From Atractiella rhizophila (taxonomy: Eukaryota), in assembly GCA_021432655.1 (NCBI GenBank), contig MU271508.1, forward strand, positions 1 to 51,673: a stretch of 51,673 nt of DNA, read 5' to 3'. Positions 13,501 through 24,317 of this stretch are shown piece by piece. A program made the position numbers and the translations under genes. The notes under the pieces were generated by a model. It worked only from the letters and a program-made list of their open reading frames with translations, was not told where the DNA came from and did no database searches. The stretch's first letter is position 1, and every line of letters begins with the position of its first letter.

Positions 13501-13646
13501 GGAGAGAGGCTATCGAGTGCGCGTACTTGAGCAATTTGAGGAGAGGAACGGTGAAGTAGGGTGGGATGAAGGCGACGTAGGTGTCGACGCTGATACCTCG
13601 AGAAGAGGATTACGGAATTGATGTTTCGACGACGGTATAGAGGCAT
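10584..13646 (-). CDS. Large intronless mitochondrial helical-repeat (PPR-like) protein, ~1020 aa
   Basis: Arg/Ser-rich, acid-poor N-terminus from ATG 13646 (MPLYRRRNINSVILFSRYQRRHLRRLH...). Degenerate PPR-like motifs: LDRESYYNILNF, FTLKEYNHIVEYL, MSENGIVPDTYFWTLWLNHY, FDNVFLFNLMVSYAR. Confidence 0.7.
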   Translation of the reverse strand: MPLYRRRNINSVILFSRYQRRHLRRLHPTLLHRSSPQIAQVRALDSLSPPSRHASTSTSNSLASAPTDTTVIPSPSKSPTPPKGFFQRVIAPFLRLSEKEYLARRQPLETKFLMLLDAAGGRMSAPSLDEEQLEELENAYSALIELDERRYGPRERGTKRRPYDGRISIEDLDLFMAVLAKKAPGNSKKRAKLIQTVFEDSTEIFGQSLEEFHTTERYDVVVVAFSLARDPTAISKFLKSAMLHLNYTPTPQQFYLLLRGFLDDFPVLFYKNWHLMNRYAGTRSYAQMAYFRNLLLEYQLLESDGAAFGTLRRMGKWRNAETWRTVLECETMTFKNARHKLWKRVTSKSKASLLHRMHGEFQVPPVYPARLVGKSAEEITQSLRLSYWKALLSYSAREEGFEETARIFHLALGDLRDAKDISKYLFQSFNPDTDRRKGETALEVLGRLQTDMIGPSYRADPEDVTALLSKFSLPQTNTKVSGETRESHSAKLQDAIYLYDHAVGTQNVLKDQAIASDLLFSLGYLWDDSDTFEIPSSGKRLSRWEVGQMVYRHLLQTSIENDRPLDRESYYNILNFSTMAGAGSRKVSRHTPTPLMLAKSSRIDIEANPEPLTGTKKDANDFAIQVLHHLVKEGYYIQPQSSGSRTNGKFVRAMMKAVANSYSEAWNAYLAIYVKEKKQRELAKVPLDRLPVFTLKEYNHIVEYLTSLRMEEPPSEEDMEPKFQSGDWQALLGLKEVVREERETKRFVCLPFSYLEEVLEHMSENGIVPDTYFWTLWLNHYLYFIPEPTKDSTLDLDVRNHAFDGIHNIHRLARAHRGYTFDNVFLFNLMVSYARFEVYEIIWTIWSEIASNLTPKDLPAVLQFFRICAQANAPDTLLQTLRDLPAWMKYDEVLIAAVSSLCGIGHWLSAAEVVFSQLGGRKDLQKECMKVMISASADRDTEEARASHKLLKELAIDNGVMSSEEVERFLEEKTVRGKKRELKLLAAQKKRTRSKAGDASDAATRERNNDIDLTQREEEK

Positions 13647-16048
13647 GTGGCATGATTTTGGACTGGAAGAAAACAAAAAAAAAATATCAACGCTTCGTTC
13701 TTGCAGTATTTCTCATGCGGCTCTCTACACGAAGCAGAATCGACGTGCTCAAGCATTGACACCAACACCATTCCCAATCACAATGCATAAAAACTCACTT
13801 GCGTCCTACTCCCTAGCTCAGAACACCCTTCACCGCATAAGAATTTCCTCTCTCCTGCAGATTTGTGGACGGGTAGGAAATTTAGTCGTTTGTCTCGGAT
13901 GCGGCGGTCGGATTTCAGTTGTTGACACTTCCCACTTCCAGAGATGACAGGTTGCGACGCGTTTATATATCAAGTGAGAATATCTCAGAGAAGGTGTGTA
14001 CTGACGCGCACAGCTTTCAGTGGCATTACGCAGTCTTTTTCATCTGAAGGACAAGTGATCTTTGCAGACGGTTGGGAACTACCTGTCAATATCTGCGCTG
14101 CTGTCACTTCACTCCCGTGGCATATCAGTGGCATGCTATCAAATATATCAAACTGAGCTCAGGCTAATTATCTGAGGCAAAAGGCATCATGCATCATATA
14201 TTATAACATGGTGTGTGATATTACAATAATGTATTATTCATGTTTGAAATTCGATCAACAGCGATCTTGAAAACTCGATGTTCCCTCAGTGAGCTTGTGA
14301 GCGTCACTTCATTTCCTGTTCTTGCGTGCCGTCACAGCGAACCCAGGGCCAAGGCTGTCATGACGTTGTACTGTATTTTCCTTGCTTTTATGTGAAACAT
14401 CTTGTCCGTTCTTTCGACGGCATCAATATTGAAGTGCTGTCTCTCTGCCTGCTCTGCAGATTAAAACCAGTCGTGACTAGTCCTAATCGATCAAGGTATC
14501 GGAAAGAATAGTAGAAAGGAAATTCAGAATTATATTGAACAATGAAAACACGAATTTGACACATGTGAAAGTAGATGAAAGCCATCTCAGCCTAGAACCC
14601 ATATACAGAAAAATGTTTCGCACAATTTGTCACTACTTATTCAGTACCACCAGTTGGTGAAATTCCTCAATCCCCCAATCCGACCATTATTCATGGGACG
14701 GGATGACGGTGGTGTCGGTAGGTGCAGAAGCGAGAGAATTGGAGGTCGAGGTGGAAGCATGGCGGGAGGGAGGAGAGACGCTATCGAGTGCGCGTACTTG
14801 AGTGACTTGAGGAGAGGAACGGTGAAGTAGGGTGGGATGAAGGCGAAGTAGGTGTCGACGCTGACACCTCGAGAAGAGGATTACGGAATTGATGTTTCGA
14901 CGACGGTATAGAGGCATGTGGCATGATTTTGGACTGGAAGCAAAGTAATAAAAACCATCAGCGCTTCGTTCTTGCAGCATTTCTCATGCTCTCTGTTTAC
15001 TGCACGAAGCAGAATTGACATGCTCAAGCATTGGGGAACAACACCGTTCCCAATCATAATGCATAAAAAACTCACTTGTGTTCTACTCCCTAGCTCAGAA
15101 CACCATTCACCGCATAAGAATTTCCTTTCTCCTGCAGATTTGTGGACGCGTAGCAAATTTAGTCGTTTGTCTCGGATGCGGCGGTCGGATTCCAGTTGTT
15201 GACAATGACAGGTTGCGACGCGTTTCTCAAATATTTCAAGTGAGAATATCTCAGAGAAGCTGTGTACTGACGCGCACAGCTGTCAGTGGCATCACGCAGT
15301 CTTTGTCATCTGAAGGACAAATGATCTTTGCAGACGGTTGGGAACGTGTTAACATCTGCGCTGCTGTCACTTCACTTCAGTGGCATATCAGTGGCAGGCT
15401 ATCAAATATATCAAACCGAACTCAGGCTAATTATCTGGGGCAAAAGGCATCATGCATCATAGCATGATGTGTGATATTACAATGATGTATTATTCATGTT
15501 TGAAATTCCGTCGACATCCATCTTGAAAACTCGATGTTCCCTCAGTGAGCTTGTGAGCGTCACTTCATTTCTCCTTCTCCCCTCTCCGCTCGCCTTAGAC
15601 CGAAGGAAAGTGCTGATGCTGAACTTTGAAATGTGATGGATGTGGACGTGGTGGGGGCTCCTGTTCTTGCGTGCCTGTCATTCCACACGAACCAAGGGCC
15701 AAGGCTGTCACGACGTTGTTCTGTATTTCCTTGCCTTTATGTGAAACAATCTTGTCCGTTCTTTCGACGGCATCAATATTGAAGTGCTCTCTCTCTGCCT
15801 GCTCTGCAAATTAAAACCAGTCGTGAGTGGTCCTAATCGATCAAGGCATCGGAAAGAATAGTAGAAAGGAAATTCAGAATTATATTGAACAATGAAACAC
15901 AAATTTGACACATGTGAAAGTTGATGAAAGCCATCTCTCAGCCCTGAACCCATATACAGAAAAATGTTTCGCACAATTTGACACTACTTATTCAGTACCA
16001 CCAGTTGGTGAAATTCCTCGGTCTCCCAATCCGGCCATTATTCATGGG
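13424..16048. repeat. Diverged ~1.3-kb tandem segmental duplication (copy A 13424-14697, copy B 14695-16048)
   Basis: The copies are colinear with scattered substitutions and small indels. Copy B has an extra ~90 bp (~15571-15660). The junction shares GGG microhomology at 14695-14697. Confidence 0.95.
14687..14917 (-). pseudogene. Duplicated 5' fragment (presequence only, 76 aa) of the PPR-like gene
   Basis: Matches the first 74 aa of the 13646 gene with Y18C, R24L, I38V, A39T and L47V, then stops two codons after the junction (...VIPSHE*). Confidence 0.75.
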
Positions 16049-16651
16049 CAGTCCGTCATAACATGTTCTCCTATCACCGTAAGCGTTGCCCTGTATATGT
16101 AGACACCCCATACATCAGTGTTATCCTTTGGCGTATCGAAGCAGGGTAGGGAAATTAGGAGAGGTATCACCTGCAGCCTGGCGTGCATCTGTCTCCAAAT
16201 GACGGCTAAATCCTCCAAGCTCTCTCTCAAATCTTTTATGTCACGTTTATACATGTCCAGAACTTGCTCGAGTCTCGTCTGTTCTTCCCAACTCAACACG
16301 ATACCACGGCGGCTCCCCATCCCGGTATTGAGCATTTGGAGGAAGCGGGAGACGTCACGAGGGGTTCTGCGCAGGGGTTGGACGTTTATCTGAAAATTCC
16401 GAGCTCTTTTAGTTTCCATGTCATTGTACACGTTGCGCGAATTGAAGGACGTAGGACAGAAGATGGAAGGAATGAGTGAAAGGACAAACCTTGAGCCCGT
16501 ACTGTCGAAGTGAGTGCTTGGTTCTAAACATCTCTTGCTGAAGTCTCCTCCTCTCCAATCGAAGTGTTTGAACGGTGTGTAGCAGCTCATGATCTTCTAG
16601 AATTTGATTGAGTCTGTTAGAGGTGGCACGGCTGTGACTGTAGATGGACAT
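15992..16651 (-). CDS. Small hypothetical helical/coiled-coil protein (3 exons, ~160 aa)
   Basis: MSIYSHSRATSNRLNQILEDHELL...QYGLK | INVQPLRR...MHARLQ | GNAYGDRR...FTNWWY*, joined by two phase-0 GT-AG introns (~16489-16390 and 16170-16091). Confidence 0.6.
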
Positions 16652-17183
16652 GTTGGTGAGACCTTCAGAGACGATAAAGTGTCGAAAATCCGATTGCAGA
16701 AAGGATTTATTAAAAAGCGATGTCGTGAATGCGTGTACAGTCGTCTCTGGCGGCAAAAAGAAATCGAGGGATGCGGGTTAAATAGTAAATCGCATCATGT
16801 AAGTATTGGGTCAATGGGAAAGTGGGAAAACTGCGATAATTTCAAGACTGCCACAGCCCGCCGTGGTCATCACTGCATCAGCAATGAATTCTGTGGCCAC
16901 AGTAGGGATATTTACGACATACAATACAGTGTGTCTTCATTTTGAAGATGTCACACTTAACACGACAGGAGAGAGTTCGACGATTGTAAAAACGCTTTGA
17001 GTTCAAGCTTGGTTCATAAACCCTATCTCATATGGAGTTGTGCATCAGATAAGGTTTCAATATTTTCTTACGGCGACGTGCAACCCTGTGGGATGCTCAA
17101 AGGCTAGGAAGCTTACCTCCTGTGGTGAGAATTGGCTTATTGCTCAGAAACATGCTAAAGCTTACTTTGACTACTAGATCAAA

Positions 17184-18416
17184 ATGCTATTCTCTCGTTG
17201 TTGCTCAAGCTGCACTACTTCTTTCGAACGACACCTCCTCTATCTTCCTTCTCGCACTCCCCACCGACCAAAAACCCAAGATCACATTCGTAGTGTATCA
17301 ACAAAACGATTCATGCGGAATTTTGATGCAAGCCTGACCACAGTCTTGAATCGTAGAAGTAGTCGGACGCCATCGTCGTTGAAAAAAGCCACACCCTCTT
17401 CAAGTTCTACCTCCACCTCACGTTACATAAACCACGTTGGTTCGGATACCACAAACTATATCTCTAATACGGATAGTCTGTCTGAAGATACCGGGAAGGG
17501 TACATCATCGAATCGCAAGCCACCAGTCATCACGCCTTCTGTCGTTGGTCAACATTCCTCTAAAGATCCCCCTTCAATCCAAAATATTGACACAGAGTCA
17601 TCAATTTCTTCCCCTCATCACCGCATCCTCCATTCTCAAGTAGGAGAACCCGAAGAAGGCTATTGGCTCTCGTTCCGCCCTGGAGTGGAGCTGACAAAGT
17701 CGATGGAGGACAAATTTGATGATTGGTTCGCCAAAAACATATGGGAGGAGGGAAAGCTCAGTAGCTGGGCGAAGGAAATGCGTGTAGTGTTTGCTTTCCC
17801 TAGCCATTTCTTTGACTGGCTCTCCTAACAGAAATTTTTTGGTAGACGAGGTCAGAGCAATAAGGTCCTTATCCAATGGCACAGCTTGGACGATTGCAAG
17901 CGAGCGAAGATAGTTTACAATCCTTACCGAAGACTCATGCACTGCGACTTCCAAGCCTCTCTATGGCCCCTTCATGATTATTACACATCAACACTGGAAA
18001 TCTTTGGCTTGTCAGAACTCGATGAGGTGGAGAGTGTACGGAATCAGTTCCCATATCTCTCCGGTTCCAAAGAGACCCAAATAAAAGGCTGGGAGGGAGG
18101 AGGAAGCAAAAAGTGAGAGTCTCATCCAAACCATTTCTTGCCTAGTCACTAGTCACTAAAGATGTGGGTGGGTGGAAAAAGATTTGCGCTGTTGGAATGT
18201 GCTAACAACGAGGAATTGCTACTCGCCATCAAACGTGGACCCCTTGGCACTTTTCAACGACGGCACTGGGCGTTAACAGGCTCGCTATGTCGCCCAAAAC
18301 TGTTGGAAGATATCAAGAAGGAGGCAACAAGTCAAGCGGACTTCAGGGTTAGGCTACTAAACATCCATGACCAGATGTTCCCTCCAAGCGATTATGAAAA
18401 ACTACCGGAAATGTAA
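17184..18416 (+). CDS. Putative mitochondrial tandem RRM-like protein, paralog 1
   Basis: Presequence-like N-terminus; phase-2 introns 17789-17845 and 18113-18181. Motifs FDDWFAKNIW, KVLIQWHSLDDCKRA, QASLWPLHDYYTSTLEIFGL, NQFPYLS and KFALLECANNEELLLAIKRGPLG are shared with two other genes in the window. Confidence 0.75.
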
Positions 18417-18502
18417 ATTGGAACGTAGTTGCTAAAATGCTCCGCATTACATATTTGCCTAAATCAAAAAATGAGGACGAATAGAAATGCGCAAAGAGAC
18501 AG

Positions 18503-19617
18503 TCATGATCTTTCCACCTCCTCCACCGCACCTTCATCCCCGTGATCGTAACCGCCATCACTGTCGTCCCTCAGCGATGCCGTCCTCGCCTGCCTACGCT
18601 CCCATCCCGGTTTCACCTCGACATCTGACGACTGTATCCTCTCCAGTTTTTCTTCCAACTCAAACGTAGGTTCCCCCGCCGCTTTCCTCAGTTCCATCTC
18701 TACCTTCAACCCAGTTGCACTCGCGCGAAGCCGCCAACGCGCCCGCTCAACTCTTCCTACTGGTCCTTCTTGCAAAGCACGCTTAACCTCGAAGCTAGAA
18801 GAGCATTCCCAGATGGCAAAACTACAAAAACTCAGTCGAATGAGCTAATATCTTCACGAATGAAAGAATGGAAGATGGGCATGAGATATTGCTGGACCGA
18901 CCTCTTTGTGCCTGTTTTGAAGTTCTGGATGAATAGACGTTTCGGAGGTGACAGATAAGGAAATTGGCTGAGGATGGATTCTTCCGTCTCAGACTCGGAG
19001 ATTCCACTGATGCGCATCGTTGTCGTCTGTGGATCTTGCAGGGGCCAAAGTGTAGGTTGAATCTTAAGCTTGACATAAGGGCCTTTTGTTCGCGCTCGAA
19101 GGAGCGTGTACGCCTTCTTCAGGTCCTCGAAAGACTGCCACTCTACCAGAACGCGACTGCCGGTTTGTCCTGGTCTACAATCCAGAACTCAGTCACAACA
19201 AACTAGGTTGTTAAGGAACAAAGTTCCACGAGAAGAAATAAAGGCGCACAGGACCACGTATTTTCTCGCAAGCTTTCGTATGAGCCGTTCCCGGCTCCAA
19301 AATTTGTGAATGAACCATTCAGAATAGTTGTCTCCATCAAGTGGTTTGACATTTTTCGGGCCGGAAGAAGAGGCGGCGGGTTCTGAGGCAGGAAAGGTCT
19401 CCGTCCAATAACCGCGGTATGGGAAACCTGAAGAACGTGAAGGATTTTTCGACACTGACGGTTTCGACGGTGATGGCTTGGAAGTGAAGTGTTTCTCTCC
19501 AGCCTGTGATGGTTCCACGTCTTGCTTTCCTCGGTTGCGCCCGCCTGAAAGATCTGACTCTTTCGCACTCTTCGCAGTTGAGTAAAAGCGGTGGCATATC
19601 GGGCGAAAACGCTGCAT
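18503..19617 (-). CDS. Putative mitochondrial tandem RRM-like protein, paralog 2
   Basis: Presequence MQRFRPICHRFYSTAKS; phase-2 introns 19249-19175 and 18901-18822. Motifs YSEWFIHKFW, RVLVEWQSFEDLKKA, QPTLWPLQDPQTTTMRISGI, SQFPYLS and SFAIWECSSSFEVKRALQEGPVG. Confidence 0.8.
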
Positions 19618-19951
19618 AGTGTCAAATGGGAAGGAAAGGTAGACAAAAATTTGGGTATTTTATCCGAATCTTATCTGGATGCTCACCTTGTTATTGTTAA
19701 CCTTGTTTTCTTGGGGCGGGCGGAAAACGGTCACCCTCGGCCTCTCCTGTTGCCGAGCCTATCCGCGCTCTGGATGGATAAAAGCACCTTCTTCGTCAAC
19801 CCCACCTTCCCCTTCCCCAGATTTACCTAGGCAGCTCTCATCTGCCTGTACATTGCATTCGTGAGTGGCTTTCACATCCTGCGTGAACAGAAGGTGTTGA
19901 CTATGCCGCACAGTAAAACCCGCGAACTGCTCAAGGAACCAAATTGCAGTG

Positions 19952-21931
19952 ATGTCGAAGCCCAATAGGCCTGTCTACGTGATCGGAGTCGGTTCCACAG
20001 CATATATCAAGCCTCGAGGTTTATACGATTACCCTGAGTTAGCGCTCGAAGCGACCACGAAAGCGTTGCTGGATGCGGGAATCAACTATGACGATGTGGA
20101 GGCTGCTTTTGCAGGATATTGTTACGGAGACTCCACATTAGTAGTACTCCAGGACCTGCAAGGTCTTGATACACAACATGCTGTTACTTATGTATTTTTG
20201 GAACGCAGATGTGGTCAACGCGCACTTTACGCTTTAGGAATGACGCAGATCCCAGTTGTCAATGTAAACAACAACGCAAGTCCTTCTGTCTTCTCTCCCA
20301 TGGTAGAGCATATGCTAATCGAAATCTAGTGCTCGACTGGTTCCTCTGCTCTCTGGCTTGCTCGTCAAATGGTCGCATCAGGATTGCACGACTGTGCTCT
20401 TGCCGTTGGCTTTGAAAAAATGGCACCTGGCTCTCTCGGATCCAACTTCACGTCGCACACGAATCCCATCGATCTCACAATGATGATGACAGCCGAAACC
20501 AGAGGCATTAGCATCGGTCCTGGAGCTGCTCAAATATTTGGGAATGGTGGACAAGAATACGTGGAAAAATTCGGTGCTTCATGGGAAGACATTGCGCAAA
20601 TTGGTGAGCCGTTGCGCCAAAGCTTAGCTGGAAGCGAGTTTTAACGTTCTCTGTTGGTGGAAGCATCAAAGAACCACACTCATTCGGTGGTTAATCCTTA
20701 CTCTCAATTCCGCAACGGCATGAGTGTTGAGGAAGTCCTCAAAGACAAACAAGTCACAGATTACGTGCGTATTTCTGTTTTATTTCATTAAGTTTATGCC
20801 TAAACGAGGATTGTGCAGATGACCCGCGCGATGTGTTGTCCTACTTCAGACGGCTCATCCGCAGCCGTACTAGCTTCTGAGGAGTTTGTAAAGAAGCATA
20901 ACCTTCAGAATCAAGCTATACAGATCGCTGCCATGGCCATGCACACTGATTCGCCCAATTTGTATAAAAATAAGAGCAGCATGGAACTTACTGGAGTTCG
21001 TCGTCCCGCTGTTTTGCCGAGATTGTTTCTGACGGTGCTGGAGCAGTTGGACATGACGAGGAAATGCGCCGAAGATGTCTATAGGGATGCGGGAATCACT
21101 CCGGACGATGTGAAAGTCATCGAGTTACACGACTGTTTCGCAGCCAATGAGGTATGTTTCCTCCATGAAATCGAAGAGCCGACGTTTGACTCGCATTCTT
21201 GATTGTAGCTTTTGGTATACGACGGCTTGAAGCTGACTTCGCCGGGAAAAGCTCATGAGATTTGCCGACGAGGAGACAACACTTACGGTGGGAAGTGGGT
21301 CATCAATCCTTCTGGAGGACTCGAGTCGAAGGGGTACGCCTTCAGAATTTTCACAGGCTATTCTGATTGCTTAATCCGATAAAGACATCCACTTGGTGCC
21401 ACAGGCCTTGGCATGACATTTTACCTTGTCAATCAACTTCGCGGATGGGGTGGCGAGTGCGTTTCCTCTTCTCTAAACTGACCATAAACATTCATCTCAC
21501 GGGCCAATAGCATGCAAGTTGATGCTTGCCGACCTGAGAAAGCGACTCCTGGAGGAAAAGGTCCCTACGCTCTTCTGCACAATCTTGGCCTTGGTACATC
21601 TTCTCTCCTCACTAACCTTGATTTCGGGTTAACGTGCGGTTCAGGTGGAGCTGCTGTGATGGCAGCCTTTGTAAGGCCATCCTTCTACAAACAAGGAGGA
21701 GAGGATGGGCGTTCACGGTTAGTTTCTTCGCAATTCTTGTCAAATTCAGTATTAATGTTTGGAATATATAGATTGGGCTACAATCACGGTGGTGAATACC
21801 GCAAGGTCACCCCTGAAGATGTGGCAAAAGTACGCAGTAAGACGGCCTACAGTCCATACGCTGCAACACCTGGCATGAAGTTGGAGAAGCCGAAGCGTCG
21901 CGATGCAAAGCCTAACAGAGCAAACTTGTAA
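19952..21931 (+). CDS. SCP-x-type thiolase (lipid-transfer protein thiolase), no recognisable C-terminal SCP2 domain
   Basis: VYVIGVG, GYCYGDST-CGQRALY, NVNNN-CSTGSSAL (catalytic Cys), LAVGFEKMAPGSL, CCPTSDGSSAAVLASE, VIELHDCFAANE, INPSGGLESKGHPLGATGL and LLHNLGLGG. Confidence 0.92.
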
Positions 21932-22336
21932 TTGCGTGCGCGAGCTGGTCCTGTATTCAATCTTGTATTTCGTGTATTAGTACCACCACCATGAAATTGG
22001 AGCTCTGCTTGTCTGGAAGCCGTTTTCATCCTGTGCCTGCTGTGAGAATTCGATGAGTGTGATTCCGTACGGATCTGTAGTGTCCCAACCTTCGAACCTT
22101 CAACCAGATTATCGGCAAACTGTGCGTGACCCAGACGTGACCTCAGCAAAAAAAAGTGAGCAGCTACATACAATAACCTGAGAGGGAAAGCTTCGTAGAT
22201 TTCGAGCAATTTAGTCTGATAAAGTTGTCTTGCAAGGTGAATCCATTTCTCTCCCTTTGCCGCAACGTCATGAACTTCTCGCAGAGATACTCGAATTTGA
22301 TGCTCCGTTGACCTAGCAAACCCCCCATGTCATCAA

Positions 22337-23602
22337 ATGCCCACTCAGCCTCTTCCATCGTCCTCCGAGAAAGGCCCAGACATCCAGTCTCTGGACTACA
22401 TTATTCGCACCGGTCTCGCAGGCGGATTTGCTGGCGGTCTCGTGAGTGCATTTCTGCCCTCTCCTTCGATGGCTTGCCGCTCACAGGTATTTTTCGAATC
22501 GCCTGTAGGCGAAGACCTCGATTGCTCCTTTAGATCGAGTAAAGATCCTCTTTCAAACGAACCATCAAGATTTTGCCAAGTATACAGGCTGGTCCATTCC
22601 TGGTTGCTATCGGATCAATTATGGCTGACCGGGAAGAACAGGGTCATGGAGGGGTATCGGCCAGTCGCTTCAACACATAGTAAAGACCCATGGAATGAAA
22701 GGTCTCTTTCGTGGACACTCCCTTACTCTTGCAAGAACCATACCTCATGCTGCAATCGGGTATACAGCCTACGATCAAGCTAAGGCTGTTAGTCCTCTTT
22801 CTTCAAGTCCTGCCAACATAAGCACTGGCTGACACCAGATATATAGTATCTCATGGCAACCCCAGAGACGCAGACACCTTTCCGCCGTTTCCTCTGTGGG
22901 GTAATTGCCGGTTCGTCTCTGCCATACCTCCCTCTGCTTGCTCATGCATTACCGGTTTGGATAGGAACTGCCTCCCTACCCGTGACCTACCCCTTTGAGC
23001 TCATACGTGTCCGAATGGCTACTGACACACGTCATACGACACTCTCTCCAGTCGCCGCCATCCGATCCATCTATCACGAAGGAGAAGCTCCTCCGCCCTC
23101 CTCTTCCACCAACAACGCAGGAACGGCAAAGCTTGCCGCTAAACGCGCAATTCGACAAACGAGACGCATCTTCCCCATCCTGCAGTTCTACCGTGGCTTC
23201 GCCGTTTCCCTAGTCGGCACCGTTCCCTATCGCGGAGGAATCTTCCTTGTCTGGGAAACACTCAACTCCTTCGTACACGGTCGAATGGACGACAGGATGT
23301 TTCATGAGAACCGCACTCGAATACACTTTGTCCTTGGAGCCATCTCTGGAGCGACTGCTCAGGTGGCAACCTATCCGTTAGAGGTGGTGAGACGCTTACA
23401 ACAGGTCGGTGGGACCCGGAACCCAGATCGGATGATCAGTTTTTGGGAGGTCGTGCAGGAGGTTTGGAAAACGAGAGGGGTAAGAGGATTTTATGTCGGA
23501 CTCGGACTCGGACTCGTGAAACAGGTCCCCATGACTAGTATCAGTTTGACGAGCTATTGGTGGGCAAAGAGGGTATTGGGCATCGATCAGGATGGTCGTT
23601 GA
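22337..23602 (+). CDS. Mitochondrial carrier protein, Leu5/SLC25A16-like (probable CoA transporter)
   Basis: [45 protein letters not shown], FYRGF and TYPLEVVRRLQQVGG: three Px[DE]xx[KR] carrier repeats. Confidence 0.88.
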
Positions 23603-23692
23603 CCCTCATATAGCACATTTTCTTGCAGTGACATGTATATTTATTCCCCCATCCAGGTGCATCAGCCGTCAGGAAAACGCTTTCTTAACATA

Positions 23693-24317
23693 TCACATGG
23701 AGAGGCGAGTCCAGCTCCCACTCCTCCCTCCGCTTTTCTCGACAACCATAATGCCTCCAATCTCCATCTCTCTCCCTCCGACGCTTTTCAACATATCCCA
23801 AACGGTCAATAATGCGGTGCTAACTCCAACCAGAGCTTCCATCTCCACTCCCGTCTTCCCTTCACACTCCGCCAGGCACTTTGCATGTAGCACCCCTGCT
23901 TCCTCATCAAGGTCAAAATCCACAACTACATCCGTCAATCCAACCGAATGACAGAGAGGGATGAGGGCATCAGTTCGTTTCGCAGCTTGAATACCCGCGA
24001 CACGGGAGACTGTGATTACGTCTCCTTTCTTCGATACAGCGGGATGAAGAAGTGACTGCACAGCAGGAGGAGGGAGACGGATGAAACCCACTGCGACAGC
24101 TCGGCGTATAGAAGACGTTTTGGAAGTGATGGGGGACATTTTGAGGCGACCTGATGGCGAAATATGGGTGAGGCCGTGTGCATCCAATGGTTGTTCTTCT
24201 TCCCTCTCGGGGTTTTGTTCCTTCGTAGTAGTAGCAGTAGAATGAGTGGAATAAGTTCTGGCGTGGCGGAACAGATTTGAGCTAGAGGGTGGATGCAACC
24301 ATGGAAGAAAGGATCGT
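23693..24317 (-). CDS. cPMP synthase (MoaC/MOCS1B) domain, reachable only as a spliced fusion to MoaA
   Basis: LTH...GRLKM, KKGDVITVSRVAGIQAAKRTDALIPLCH, GKTGVEMEAL, LTVWDMLKSV and EKSGGRSG. There is no in-frame ATG before the LTH motif. The frame joins MoaA via acceptor 24318. Confidence 0.9.

Noticed and set aside
23693..24298. MoaC as an independent gene starting at TTG 24298
   Set aside because: The start is non-ATG and lies only ~20 nt from the MoaA stop, leaving no room for a promoter. The nearby ATG (24302) is out of frame. The spliced fusion explains the frame.
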